Assembly: GCF_000260965.1 (NCBI RefSeq)
Contig: NC_017856.1
Span: 2,490,001 to 2,522,000 of the forward strand
Direction of reading: 5' to 3'
From: Methylophaga frappieri
GTDB lineage: Bacteria > Pseudomonadota > Gammaproteobacteria > Nitrosococcales > Methylophagaceae
Length of the DNA: 32,000 nucleotides
Part shown: piece by piece, positions 18,415-28,418 of the stretch
How the letters are laid out: each line of letters opens with the position of its first letter
Position numbering within the stretch: position 1 is the first letter of the stretch
Program-made: the position numbers and the translations under genes
Notes under the pieces: model-generated
The model's input: the letters and a program-made list of their open reading frames with translations, nothing else
What the model was told of the DNA's origin: nothing
Database searches by the model: none

Positions 18415-19062
18415 ATGCAAAAAATTGCGGTAGAAACCGGGATTGTCATCCCGCTTGATCGACCAAATGTCGATACGGATGCGATTATTCCAAAACAATT
18501 TTTGAAGTCAATTAAACGAAGTGGCTTTGGGCCCAACTTATTTGATGAATGGCGGTATCTGGATCACGGCGAGCCCGGACAGGACTGTTCACAACGCCCC
18601 GTAAATCCTGACTTTGTCTTGAATCAAAGCCGTTATGCAGGTGGTACCATTCTTCTGGCGCGTGAAAACTTTGGTTGTGGCTCCAGTCGCGAACATGCTG
18701 TTTGGGCGCTGGCCGACTTTGGTATCAAAGTCATCCTGGCGCCGAGCTTTGCCGATATTTTCTTTAGTAACAGTAGTAAAAATGGCATTTTAGCTTTACC
18801 GCTTGCCGAACAGCATATTGATGATCTGTTTGCTGCTGTGGCGGCAACACCTGGATATCAATTGACGGTTGATTTACCTGAGCAGCATATTTATCTGCCA
18901 GACGGTGAAGCAATAGCGTTCGATATTGACAGCTTTAAGAAACATTGCTTGCTGGAAGGGCTCGATGATATTGGCCTGACGCTCCAACACACGGATGCAA
19001 TCAAATCTTACGAAGCCCGGCGCCAACAGGATGCGCCATGGTTATTTTCTGAAAATCAATAA
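18415..19062 (+). CDS. leuD: 3-isopropylmalate dehydratase small subunit LeuD
   Basis: [36 protein letters not shown]...[16 protein letters not shown]. 215 aa. GAGGAA RBS. Confidence 0.9.
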   Translation: MQKIAVETGIVIPLDRPNVDTDAIIPKQFLKSIKRSGFGPNLFDEWRYLDHGEPGQDCSQRPVNPDFVLNQSRYAGGTILLARENFGCGSSREHAVWALADFGIKVILAPSFADIFFSNSSKNGILALPLAEQHIDDLFAAVAATPGYQLTVDLPEQHIYLPDGEAIAFDIDSFKKHCLLEGLDDIGLTLQHTDAIKSYEARRQQDAPWLFSENQ

Positions 19063-19077
19063 ATTTAAAGACAACTT

Positions 19078-20148
19078 ATGACTCAAAATATTGCAGTATT
19101 GGCCGGCGATGGAATAGGCCCGGAAATTGTGAATGAAGCCATTAAGGTATTGAATGTACTTAAGCAAGAAGGGCTTAGTATTGACTTGCACGAGGGCTTA
19201 GTGGGCGGTGCAGCCTACGATGAGACCGGTTCACCGTTACCAGAAGCAACGTTAGCGCTGGCGAAACAAGCAGATGCCATTCTGCTGGGGGCTGTAGGCG
19301 GCTACAAATGGGAATCACTGGATATCAGTGTTCGTCCTGAGAAAGGCTTATTAGGACTGCGTTCGGCGCTAAATTTATTTGCAAACTTGCGCCCCGCTAT
19401 TTTGTATCCTCAACTAGCAGATGCCTCGACTTTGAAACCAGATGTTGTTGCCGGACTGGATTTGATGATCGTGCGCGAACTGACCGGCGGCATCTATTTT
19501 GGCCAGCCACGCGGTATCAGAACCTTGGATGATGGAGAGCAGCAAGGGTTTAACACGCTCATTTACCGTGAAAGTGAAATTGAGCGTATTGGTCGGGTTG
19601 CGTTTGAAATTGCACGCAAGCGGGGGAGTCGGGTTTGTTCAGTCGATAAGGCCAATGTGCTTGAGTGTACGGAGTTATGGCGCAATGTGATGACGCGTAT
19701 TGCTGCTGATTACCCTGATGTGGAACTGACGCATATGTATGTTGATAACGCTGCAATGCAGTTAGTTCGTGCGCCAAAACAGTTTGATGTGATGGTAACG
19801 ACCAATATGTTCGGTGACATTTTGTCTGACTGTGCATCTATGTTGACCGGTTCAATCGGCATGTTGCCATCTGCGTCGCTCGATGCCAATCGAAAAGGCA
19901 TGTATGAGCCAATCCATGGGAGTGCGCCTGATATTGCTGGAGAAAATAAAGCCAACCCACTGGCAACGATCCTGTCAGCTGCTATGATGCTACGTTATAC
20001 GTTGGGTGAGGCTGACAGAGCGGATCGTATTGAACAGGCTGTGAGTCGGGTGCTGGATCAGGGGTTACGGACAGCAGACATTTTCTCTGAAGGCATGACG
20101 TTGGTTTCTACCAGTGAAATGGGTGATGCCGTGGTAGCTGCCCTTTAA
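19078..20148 (+). CDS. leuB: 3-isopropylmalate dehydrogenase LeuB
   Basis: [14 protein letters not shown]-terminus, [24 protein letters not shown] and HGSAPDIAG motifs. Confidence 0.92.
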   Translation: MTQNIAVLAGDGIGPEIVNEAIKVLNVLKQEGLSIDLHEGLVGGAAYDETGSPLPEATLALAKQADAILLGAVGGYKWESLDISVRPEKGLLGLRSALNLFANLRPAILYPQLADASTLKPDVVAGLDLMIVRELTGGIYFGQPRGIRTLDDGEQQGFNTLIYRESEIERIGRVAFEIARKRGSRVCSVDKANVLECTELWRNVMTRIAADYPDVELTHMYVDNAAMQLVRAPKQFDVMVTTNMFGDILSDCASMLTGSIGMLPSASLDANRKGMYEPIHGSAPDIAGENKANPLATILSAAMMLRYTLGEADRADRIEQAVSRVLDQGLRTADIFSEGMTLVSTSEMGDAVVAAL

Positions 20149-20171
20149 TTGATTAAGTTTTAAGGTGTAAT

Positions 20172-21194
20172 GTGAGTAAAAAAATAGATGTTGCGGTTGT
20201 TGGTGCTACAGGTGCAGTTGGTGAAACCATGCTGGAAATCCTGCATCAACGTCAATTCCCAGTAGGTAAAGTGTATGCCTTGGCCAGCGAGCGTTCGGCA
20301 GGTTCGACCGTATCATTTGGCAATAAATCGTTAATCGTTGAAGACTTGGCGACGTTTGATTTTTCAAAAGTCCAGATTGGACTTTTTTCGCCCGGTGCCA
20401 GCGTTTCCGAAATTTACGCGCCCAAGGCGGCTGCAGCAGGTTGTGTCGTTATTGATAATACCTCGCAGTTTCGCTATGACGATGATATTCCGTTAGTTGT
20501 GCCAGAGGTCAATCCGGATGCCATTGCGGGTTATACACAACGCGGCATCATTGCAAACCCAAATTGTTCGACAATTCAAATGCTCGTGGCACTGAAACCT
20601 ATTTACGATGCGGTGGGTATTGAACGCATTAACGTCTGCACTTATCAAGCGGTCTCGGGTAGTGGTAAGCCTGCGATGGATGAATTGGCACGACAAACCG
20701 CTGACTTGCTCAATGGTCGATCAGCCAATGCCGAGGTTTATCCCAAGCAAATCGCGTTTAATGTGATTCCACAAATAGATAAATTTATGGATAACGGCTA
20801 TACCAAAGAAGAAATGAAAATGGTTTGGGAAACCCGGAAAATCATGGGCGATGAGGCGATCCAAGTGAATCCGACTGCTGTGCGTGTCCCTGTTTTTTAT
20901 GGTCATTCCGAAGCCGTGCATGTCGAAACGCGGGAAAAAATTACCACAGCACAGTTACAGGACCTATATCGAGCGGCACCCGGTATTGTGCTAATGGATG
21001 AGCGGCAGGATGGCGGTTATCCAACTGCCGTCACTGATTGTTCAGGTCAGGATCCTGTTTATGTAGGTCGAATTCGTGAAGATATTTCACATCCTAAAGG
21101 CATCAATCTCTGGGTGGTGGCGGATAACGTTCGCAAAGGTGCGGCATTAAATAGTGTGCAAATTGCAGAAGTTCTGGTAGAAAAATACCTGTAA
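20172..21194 (+). CDS. asd: Aspartate-semialdehyde dehydrogenase Asd
   Basis: VAVVGATGAVG Rossmann start, active-site NPNCSTIQ, AVSGSG. 340 aa. GTG start with an AAGGTG RBS. Confidence 0.92.
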   Translation: MSKKIDVAVVGATGAVGETMLEILHQRQFPVGKVYALASERSAGSTVSFGNKSLIVEDLATFDFSKVQIGLFSPGASVSEIYAPKAAAAGCVVIDNTSQFRYDDDIPLVVPEVNPDAIAGYTQRGIIANPNCSTIQMLVALKPIYDAVGIERINVCTYQAVSGSGKPAMDELARQTADLLNGRSANAEVYPKQIAFNVIPQIDKFMDNGYTKEEMKMVWETRKIMGDEAIQVNPTAVRVPVFYGHSEAVHVETREKITTAQLQDLYRAAPGIVLMDERQDGGYPTAVTDCSGQDPVYVGRIREDISHPKGINLWVVADNVRKGAALNSVQIAEVLVEKYL

Positions 21195-21223
21195 TAAATA
21201 ACGTCGACAGGGAAGGGCAGGAA

Positions 21224-24040
21224 ATGAGGCAAACACAGATGCGGCGGACGGTGGTCATAACAGTGTTCAGCTTGATGTTTCCGGCGAGTAGTTGGGGATT
21301 TGGTTTGGGACAGATTGCGGTGTCATCTGCTTTAAACCAGCCTTTCCAGGCGGAAATACCGGTTACTGCATTGCGACCTGATGAACAGGGTAATCTTGAC
21401 GTTGTTCTGGCTTCGACCGCGGAGTTTAATCGAGCGGGGCTGGAACGTTCGCTGTTATTGACCCAACTGGCTTTTGAAATAGTCGAACAAGGGGAAATGG
21501 CGACAATAAAAATCACCTCGTCTGCACCAGTTCGAGAGCCGTTTATTGACTTTTTAATCAGTGCTTCAGCTGGTCAAGGTCGAATCTTGCGAGAATATAC
21601 GGTGCTATTGGATCCGCCAGAAATGGTGATGAGCCGGCCCGCTCAATCATCATCGTCTGCTTCGACTGTCACCACACCATCTGCTGTGCCACCAAGCGCA
21701 CCGCCTGCTTCGTCGTCAGTACCGCCCGCGACTTATCAGGTCAAACGCAATGATACACTTTGGCGAATTGCGGAACGGACCAGAAGCGCGGCATCAGTTA
21801 CCGTACAGCAACAAATGCTAGCGATTTTGAAAGCGAACCCTGGCGCATTTAAAGACAACAATATTAATGGTCTGCAGGCCAATGCTCTTTTACAAATGCC
21901 CAGCATAGAAGCAGCTATGATGCTATCGGCTGCGCAGGCTGCGCAAGCCGTTAGAACGCAAACGCAAGCGTGGCAAAACCGTGCTCAGCCATCTGTGCCC
22001 ACTGTCACCCCGAACACAGCGGCCAATGTAAGCCCGAATCAACGTGTAGAAGAAAATGCTGGCAATGCGGATGCAGAAAGTCAGAATGCCGATTTATCAC
22101 AAGATATGCCATCTTCGGTGTCGAATACAGCAACCTCTCTTGAAGCAGAATCGCGACTGGAAATCGTTGCAGGCGAACAAGATGGTAATAACGACGCGGA
22201 TCCAATACAAACCGGGGATCCCGATATCAAGCGGCTTACCGAGCAGCTAACCCTTGCCGAAGAGACTATTGAAGCGCAAACGCAAGAAAATATTGATTTT
22301 AAATCGCGCATGGATGCGATGGAGGATCAAATTGATACCATGCGACGCTTGTTATCGCTTAAAGATGCCGATCTAGCCAGGCTTCAGGCGATGTTGGAAG
22401 ATGGTGTTCTTGAAGACATAGCGGTACCAGGCTCGGCTATTGGTTCGAGTGACAATAGGGTATCTGAAGGTTCAACCGAAGCAGATTCAACCGAAGCAGG
22501 TTCAACCGAAGCAGGTTCAACCGAAGCAGGTTCAACCGAAGCAGGTTCAACCGAAGTAGGTTCAACCGAAGTAGGTTCAACCGAAGTAGGTTCAACCGAA
22601 GTAGGTTCAACCGAAGTAGGTTCAACCGAAGTAGATTTAACCGAAGCAGATTTAACCGAAGCAGATTCAACCGAAGCAGATTCAACCGAAGCAGATTCAA
22701 CCGAAGCAGATTCAACCGAAGCAGATTCAACCGAAGCAGATTCAACCGAAGCAAATTCAACCGAAGCAGAACTGAAGAGCACCACGTCGGATAATGCTAA
22801 TGCGCTGGCAGCGGAAGCAAACGAAAACGAAATGAGCTTGACGGGCGTGGATAAGGCCAAGCACATGTTGTCCGCTGTGGTTAGCGATGGTACTGCAAAG
22901 CGTGCAGCTGGTTTTGTTCAACAGTTTATGGTTGAAATCCTGTTGGGTTTATTGCTGTTGTTATTACTAATTTGGATGCTGATTCGCCGTCGGCGACAGG
23001 TGGTGACCTGGGATGAGGTGATCGAACAGGAGCAACCGATTTTTAATGCTGATGAACATAATGAAATTGAACCGGATGTTGCCGATGAGTTCGTACCTCT
23101 CGAACCAGAGCCAGCACCGGATGTTGAAGTCCCACCAACGAAAACAGTTGATGAGTGGGTGGCGCAGGCGGATATTTTTGTTGGCTATGCTGATTACAGT
23201 CAGGCAAAAACAGCATTGGAAAAAGCATTGCATCTGGCTCCTGATGATAAGGCCATCATTACTAAGCAGCTCTTTGTATTGTTTAAGCTAGAAGATCCTT
23301 CCGCCTTTGATCGTTTACTTACTGCGTCAGATTTGTCAGTTGATGATCCGCAGTGGGAGGATATTCGTGAGTGGGGCGCCATTTTACTACCGGACGATGC
23401 ACGGTTTGAGTTACCGTTAGAAACTGATGAAGTCAGTCTGAATGATACGTTTGAGCATGATTCATTCGCTATTGATGAGGTAGCGGATACCGAAACGCAA
23501 CCGGACGAGCCTGCTCAGGAAATAGAGGAAGTTAAAACAGACATACCCCTTGAATTTAATATTGAGGATTATGCTGAGGTAGAAGATGAAATGACACAAC
23601 CGGCATCGACGTCTGACGCTGATATGACCTCGCAAGCAGCTGATACTTTTGATGCAGAACGGCTTGATGAAACAGATCATGAACCGCTCGAGTTAGATAT
23701 TAATTTCGATGACAATGATGCTGCGGATAAGGAATCAGATACGGATGAACTGGCCGCGTTTATGGCCGAGACTGCAGAGCAAAACCCATTGCCAGTAGGT
23801 AAAACGCAAGAAGAAGACGATATTTCCGAGTTGGATTTAAGCGATCTAGAGCAGGACTTGGATTTTGACTTGAGCGGATTTGACGAAATTGATGAAGCGG
23901 AAACCAAACTGGATTTGGCTGCGGCGTATATTGACATGGATGATGCTGAGGGCGCCAAGGGCATTTTGCAAGAAGTTCTCAGCGAGGGAAGTGACGAGCA
24001 AAAACACCGTGCTCAGGCACTACTCGATACGATAAGTTGA
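21224..24040 (+). CDS. fimV: FimV/HubP-family polar landmark / type IV pilus assembly protein (LysM, TM, acidic C-terminal region)
   Basis: Signal sequence and FimV N-terminal region. LysM-like segment (YQVKRNDTLWRIAE...ILKANPGAF...LQMPS). Coiled coil, pentapeptide repeat array, TM helix (ILLGLLLLLLLIWMLI RRRR). Very acidic cytoplasmic part ending in the FimV C-terminal motif LDLAAAYIDMDDAEGAKGILQEVL. Conserved position between asd and truA. Confidence 0.8.
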   Translation: MRQTQMRRTVVITVFSLMFPASSWGFGLGQIAVSSALNQPFQAEIPVTALRPDEQGNLDVVLASTAEFNRAGLERSLLLTQLAFEIVEQGEMATIKITSSAPVREPFIDFLISASAGQGRILREYTVLLDPPEMVMSRPAQSSSSASTVTTPSAVPPSAPPASSSVPPATYQVKRNDTLWRIAERTRSAASVTVQQQMLAILKANPGAFKDNNINGLQANALLQMPSIEAAMMLSAAQAAQAVRTQTQAWQNRAQPSVPTVTPNTAANVSPNQRVEENAGNADAESQNADLSQDMPSSVSNTATSLEAESRLEIVAGEQDGNNDADPIQTGDPDIKRLTEQLTLAEETIEAQTQENIDFKSRMDAMEDQIDTMRRLLSLKDADLARLQAMLEDGVLEDIAVPGSAIGSSDNRVSEGSTEADSTEAGSTEAGSTEAGSTEAGSTEVGSTEVGSTEVGSTEVGSTEVGSTEVDLTEADLTEADSTEADSTEADSTEADSTEADSTEADSTEANSTEAELKSTTSDNANALAAEANENEMSLTGVDKAKHMLSAVVSDGTAKRAAGFVQQFMVEILLGLLLLLLLIWMLIRRRRQVVTWDEVIEQEQPIFNADEHNEIEPDVADEFVPLEPEPAPDVEVPPTKTVDEWVAQADIFVGYADYSQAKTALEKALHLAPDDKAIITKQLFVLFKLEDPSAFDRLLTASDLSVDDPQWEDIREWGAILLPDDARFELPLETDEVSLNDTFEHDSFAIDEVADTETQPDEPAQEIEEVKTDIPLEFNIEDYAEVEDEMTQPASTSDADMTSQAADTFDAERLDETDHEPLELDINFDDNDAADKESDTDELAAFMAETAEQNPLPVGKTQEEDDISELDLSDLEQDLDFDLSGFDEIDEAETKLDLAAAYIDMDDAEGAKGILQEVLSEGSDEQKHRAQALLDTIS
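22469..22768 (+). repeat. Perfectly phased 15-bp tandem repeat, 20 units, inside fimV (encodes (G/D/N)(S/L)TE(A/V) x20)
   Basis: I counted the units directly. The consensus is GRTTCAACCGAAGYA. Only 4 positions vary (1, 2, 5, 14). Variants occur in homogeneous blocks: GSTEA, DSTEA, GSTEA x3, GSTEV x6, DLTEA x2, DSTEA x6, NSTEA. Confidence 0.95.
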
Positions 24041-24834
24041 GAGACGAACGGCTGGTGAGAATTGCCTTGGGAGTAGAGTACGACGGGTCGCGATTCAATG
24101 GGTGGCAAGCCCAGCCGGGACAACGGACTGTGCAACAAAGCCTGCAACAAGCTGTTTCTGTCGTTGCGGATGCCGATATCACAGTATCAGCGGCTGGGCG
24201 AACAGACGCGGGTGTGCATGCATTGAATCAGGTCGTCCATTTTGATACGCAGGCGCGCCGCGCAGACCGGAACTGGCTGCTGGGTATTAATACCAATTTA
24301 CCCGATGACATCGCTGTTAACTGGGTCAAGGCAGTTGATACACAATTTCACGCCCGCTTCTCTGCGACAAAACGACGTTATCGTTATCTCGTGTTAAATC
24401 GACTTTGCCGAAGCGCACTTCATCATCAGCGAATGTGGTGGTTTTATAAACCGCTTGATATTGCCCGTATGCAACAAGCCGCTTCGTTAATGCTGGGGCA
24501 GCATGATTTTTCGGCTTTGAGGGCAAAAGAATGTCAGGCGAAAAGCCCCATCAAGACTCTCGACCAAATCCAAATTATCCGGCGAGGTGATTGTATTGCC
24601 GTTGACGTTGAAGCGCGGTCATTTTTACACCACATGGTCAGAAATATCATGGGTGTCTTAATGGCGGTGGGGGAAGGCAAATATCCACCAGAATGGGTCA
24701 ACACGGTGCTGGCGAGTCGTAATCGGGATGCCGCCGGTGTTACCGCGCCGCCAGAAGGATTATTCCTGACAGAAGTATGCTATCCCCCCGAATATTCTTT
24801 ACCGACAGTGTCCGCTTTCCCGGTGCTCTGGTAA
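24037..24834 (+). CDS. truA: tRNA pseudouridine(38-40) synthase TruA
   Basis: RIALGVEYDGSRFNGWQ N-terminus and catalytic GRTDAGVHA. The track start TTG 24037 overlaps the fimV stop. GTG 24055 (giving MRIALGVEYDG) is an equally plausible start. Confidence 0.9.
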   Translation: MRDERLVRIALGVEYDGSRFNGWQAQPGQRTVQQSLQQAVSVVADADITVSAAGRTDAGVHALNQVVHFDTQARRADRNWLLGINTNLPDDIAVNWVKAVDTQFHARFSATKRRYRYLVLNRLCRSALHHQRMWWFYKPLDIARMQQAASLMLGQHDFSALRAKECQAKSPIKTLDQIQIIRRGDCIAVDVEARSFLHHMVRNIMGVLMAVGEGKYPPEWVNTVLASRNRDAAGVTAPPEGLFLTEVCYPPEYSLPTVSAFPVLW

Positions 24835-24870
24835 AGTAGATACCTGTTTAGTTTGAATCAATAACAAAGC

Positions 24871-25485
24871 ATGCGAACCCGGGTCAAAATTTGTGGCATA
24901 ACGCGCCGCCAAGATGCTGAATTTGCAATAGAAATGGGCGTTGATGCACTGGGGCTGGTTTTTTATGAACCCAGTCCCAGAGCTGTAACGGTGGCGCAAG
25001 CGGCCGAGTTGACCCGCGATTTACCACCATTCGTTTCCATCATTGGCTTGTTTGTTGATGCATCACCGGCATTAATTAACGAAGTTCTGGATAATGTCCC
25101 GGTCAGTATGTTGCAGTTCCATGGCGATGAATCGCCCAATGATTGTTCCTCTTACGGATTGCCTTATTTAAAGGCGATTCGCATGCAGGAAAATGTTTCG
25201 TTGATAACGCAAGCTGTGACTTATCAGCATGCTGCAGGTTTATTGTTAGATAGTTATCAAGTCGGTGTACCAGGTGGAACTGGTAAAACTTTTGATTGGT
25301 CAAGGATTTCTCCCATTGATAAGCCGGTCATTCTGGCTGGGGGGCTAACACCAGATAATGTTCGCAATGCGATTAACGATGTTAATCCCTATGCGGTCGA
25401 TGTCAGTGGTGGTGTAGAAACTGCCAAGGGAATTAAAAGTCACGCTAAAATAAGCGCATTCATGCAAGAGGTCGCTAATGGCTGA
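24871..25485 (+). CDS. trpF: Phosphoribosylanthranilate isomerase TrpF
   Basis: [16 protein letters not shown], ...LQFHGDE..., ...[11 protein letters not shown]..., ...VDVSGGVE. 204 aa monofunctional PRAI. Confidence 0.9.
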   Translation: MRTRVKICGITRRQDAEFAIEMGVDALGLVFYEPSPRAVTVAQAAELTRDLPPFVSIIGLFVDASPALINEVLDNVPVSMLQFHGDESPNDCSSYGLPYLKAIRMQENVSLITQAVTYQHAAGLLLDSYQVGVPGGTGKTFDWSRISPIDKPVILAGGLTPDNVRNAINDVNPYAVDVSGGVETAKGIKSHAKISAFMQEVANG

Positions 25486-26698
25486 AAATTTAAGTAAAGA
25501 TTATTATCGTCACTATCCGGATAGCAATGGTCATTTTGGCCCTTATGGTGGTCGGTTTGTCGGTGAAACGTTGATGGGCGCGATTGCAGAGCTTGATGCA
25601 TCGTATCAGCAGTATCGTCTTGATCCGGATTTTTTAGCAGAAATGGATCGAGACCTGGCAGACTATGTTGGCCGTCCATCACCTATCTATCTGGCAGAGA
25701 ACTGGACCCAAAAATTGGGTGGCGCTCAAATCTTTTTGAAACGAGAAGATCTGAATCACACTGGGGCACATAAAGTGAATAATACGATTGGTCAGGCATT
25801 ACTGGCTAAACGTATGGGCAAAACCCGGATTATTGCAGAAACTGGCGCCGGGCAACATGGTGTTGCTAGCGCCACAGTGGCAGCAAGGTTAGGGCTTGAA
25901 TGTGTTGTCTACATGGGCGCGGAAGACGTTGAGCGTCAGGCACAAAATGTGTATCGAATGAAGTTGCTGGGGGCTACGGTTGTTCCGGTCACTTCCGGTT
26001 CTAAAACATTAAAAGACGCCCTGAATGAAGCATTGCGTGATTGGGTGACCAATGTTGATACGACTTTTTACATCATTGGCACGGTAGCCGGCCCCCATCC
26101 TTACCCGGCCATGGTAAGAGACTTTCAGTCGGTGATTGGGCGTGAAGCCCGAGAACAAATGTTAACGCGCACAGGAAAATTGCCAGATGCATTAGTTGCT
26201 TGTATCGGCGGTGGTTCAAACGCCATCGGTCTATTCCATCCATTCATTGAAGACGATGCGGTCGCCATGTATGGTGTTGAGGGGGCTGGACAGGGTATTG
26301 AAACCGGTAAACATGCTGCGCCATTATGTGCCGGAACACCAGGTATTTTGCATGGTAACCGGACGTACCTAATGCAAGATTCGGCAGGTGAAATTATTGA
26401 AACGCATTCGATTTCAGCCGGCTTGGATTATCCAGGTGTTGGACCAGAGCACGCTTGGTTGAAAGATATTGGTCGAGCAAATTACGTCTCTGTAACCGAT
26501 GAAGAGGCCTTGACAGCGTTTCACGAGTTGACGCGTTCAGAAGGCATAATCCCGGCTTTGGAAACCAGCCACGCGCTTGCCTATGCCAGTAAACTGGCAC
26601 CAACAATGCGCCCTGACCAAAGTATTCTGATTAATGTTTCAGGTCGAGGTGATAAAGACATGCATACCGTCGCGGCGATGGCCGGTCTAAGCTTTTGA
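25478..26698 (+). CDS. trpB: Tryptophan synthase beta chain TrpB
   Basis: [25 protein letters not shown] (PLP lysine), [16 protein letters not shown]. 8-nt overlap with the trpF stop (ATGGCTGA). Confidence 0.95.
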   Translation: MAENLSKDYYRHYPDSNGHFGPYGGRFVGETLMGAIAELDASYQQYRLDPDFLAEMDRDLADYVGRPSPIYLAENWTQKLGGAQIFLKREDLNHTGAHKVNNTIGQALLAKRMGKTRIIAETGAGQHGVASATVAARLGLECVVYMGAEDVERQAQNVYRMKLLGATVVPVTSGSKTLKDALNEALRDWVTNVDTTFYIIGTVAGPHPYPAMVRDFQSVIGREAREQMLTRTGKLPDALVACIGGGSNAIGLFHPFIEDDAVAMYGVEGAGQGIETGKHAAPLCAGTPGILHGNRTYLMQDSAGEIIETHSISAGLDYPGVGPEHAWLKDIGRANYVSVTDEEALTAFHELTRSEGIIPALETSHALAYASKLAPTMRPDQSILINVSGRGDKDMHTVAAMAGLSF

Positions 26699-26706
26699 GG
26701 TAGTGA

Positions 26707-27528
26707 ATGAGTCGAATTAATCAATGTTTTAAAGATTTAAAAGCCAACGGCCAGACGGCGCTCATTCCCTATGTGACAGCAGGCGACCCGGAACCTTGGG
26801 TAACAGTGCCACTGCTACATGCACTCGTCGATGCCGGGGCGGATATTATTGAACTAGGTGTACCGTTTTCTGACCCAAGCTCTGACGGGCCTGTCATTCA
26901 AAAAGCGTGTGAACGCGCCTTGCAAAACGATGTGTCTTTGAATCATGTGTTGGAGATGGTGAAACAGTTTCGGGATAAAAACCAAACAACTCCGATTGTC
27001 TTGATGGGATATGCCAATCCGATCGAAGCCTATGGCTATGAAGCTTTTGCTGAAAAAGCCAGTGTGGTCGGGGTGGACGGGGTATTAACTGTCGATATGC
27101 CGCCAGAAGAATCAGACCTTTTTCGTGAGCAATTAGAAAAACATGAGATTGACACCATCTTTCTCGTGGCACCTACAACATCGGAACAACGTATGAAATT
27201 AATCGCTCAGCATGCGCGTGGTTTCATTTACTATGTTTCTATTAAAGGCGTCACCGGCACAGCGGCTTTGAATGTTGATGAGGTATCGGCGAAATTAAGT
27301 GTGTTACGCAATGTGACCGCATTACCATTGGGCGTAGGTTTTGGCATCCGTGATGGTAAATCTGCCGCGGCAGTTTCCGAAGTAGCCGATGCAGTGGTTG
27401 TTGGCAGTACGCTGGTGCGTTGTATTGAGGAGCATGCCAATCGGCCGCAGGAACTTCCTGCCGCTGTAGCAGCCATGCTTGCTGAAATGCGGCATGCGAT
27501 TAATGCCCGTGATTTGGCTAGCGCCTGA
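26707..27528 (+). CDS. trpA: Tryptophan synthase alpha chain TrpA
   Basis: LIPYVTAGDP, ELGVPFSDPSSDGPVIQ, YANP, GFGI motifs. 273 aa. Confidence 0.95.
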   Translation: MSRINQCFKDLKANGQTALIPYVTAGDPEPWVTVPLLHALVDAGADIIELGVPFSDPSSDGPVIQKACERALQNDVSLNHVLEMVKQFRDKNQTTPIVLMGYANPIEAYGYEAFAEKASVVGVDGVLTVDMPPEESDLFREQLEKHEIDTIFLVAPTTSEQRMKLIAQHARGFIYYVSIKGVTGTAALNVDEVSAKLSVLRNVTALPLGVGFGIRDGKSAAAVSEVADAVVVGSTLVRCIEEHANRPQELPAAVAAMLAEMRHAINARDLASA

Positions 27529-27545
27529 AACTTGAGGAATAAAAA

Positions 27546-28405
27546 ATGAGTTGGTTTGAACGCTTAATTCCATCGAAAATTCGCACGACAGCACGCAGCC
27601 GATCTGTACCTGAGGGAGTTTGGTGCAAGTGTCCTGAATGTAGCAACGTTCTTTACCGGGCAGAATTAGAACGTAATCAAATGGTCTGTCCCAAATGTAC
27701 TCATCATGAGCGAATCAATGCCAGACAACGTCTGGGGCATTTCCTTGATGAAGAAAATCGTTATGAACTGGCAGACAAAGTCATGCCCGTTGATACCTTA
27801 CGTTTTAAGGATAGTAAGCGTTACAAAGATCGAATTGCACAAGCGCAAAAGTCCACGGGCGAAAATGATGCTTTACTGGCGATGCAAGGAACATTGAAAG
27901 GGCTGCCAGTTGTTGTCGTGGCTTTCGACTTTTCTTTCATGGGCGGTTCTATGGGCTCGGTCGTTGGCGAGAAGTTTGTCCGTGCAGCGAAAATGGCTTT
28001 AACCAAGAAAATCCCATTAGTCTGTTTTTCTGCCAGCGGTGGCGCGCGAATGCAAGAAGGGTTGTTTTCGTTGATGCAAATAGGCAAAAACAAAGTGCCA
28101 TTTTGGCGCAATTGGCAGAAGCTAAAATTCCATTCATCTCGGTAATGACCGATCCAACCATGGGCGGTGTTTCGGCTAGTTTGGCTATGTTGGGTGATGT
28201 GAATGTTGCCGAGCCAAAAGCGCTGATCGGTTTTGCCGGCCCTCGCGTGATTGAACAAACTGTGCGTGAAAAACTGCCGGAAGGCTTCCAGAGAAGCGAG
28301 TTCCTGCTCAGTCACGGCGCGATTGATATGATCATTGATCGACGCCAAATGCGAGACAGATTACACAATCTGTTGAGCATGATGCAGCAACGCGCTGTCG
28401 CCTGA
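27546..28405 (+). pseudogene. accD: Acetyl-CoA carboxylase carboxyltransferase beta subunit AccD, reading frame broken (net +2/-1) near 28080-28096
   Basis: ORF 27546-28145 encodes the Zn-ribbon (CKCPEC...CPKC) and continues through ...[14 protein letters not shown]...[17 protein letters not shown]. It then reads about 20 unrelated residues and stops. The frame of ORF 28103-28405 (offset 2) reads [30 protein letters not shown]...[30 protein letters not shown], the rest of AccD. The 860-nt span is not a multiple of 3. Confidence 0.85.
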
Positions 28406-28418
28406 TCTGATTTCCGAT

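Noticed and set aside
22469-22768. Possible CRISPR array or other non-coding repeat locus.
   Set aside because: The units are contiguous with no spacers, only 15 bp long, exactly in frame within fimV, and there are no cas genes in the window.
22384-22866. Two long antisense ORFs with striking repeats: SASVE... (160 aa) and LNLLR... (107 aa).
   Set aside because: They are the other-strand translations of the 15-bp fimV tandem repeat. They have no independent start or RBS context, and the sense frame is continuous with a recognisable FimV protein.
27821-28348. 175-aa antisense ORF spanning the accD frameshift site.
   Set aside because: It lies opposite a strongly recognisable gene and has no motif or RBS. 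Long antisense ORFs of this kind are common by chance opposite conserved coding sequence.
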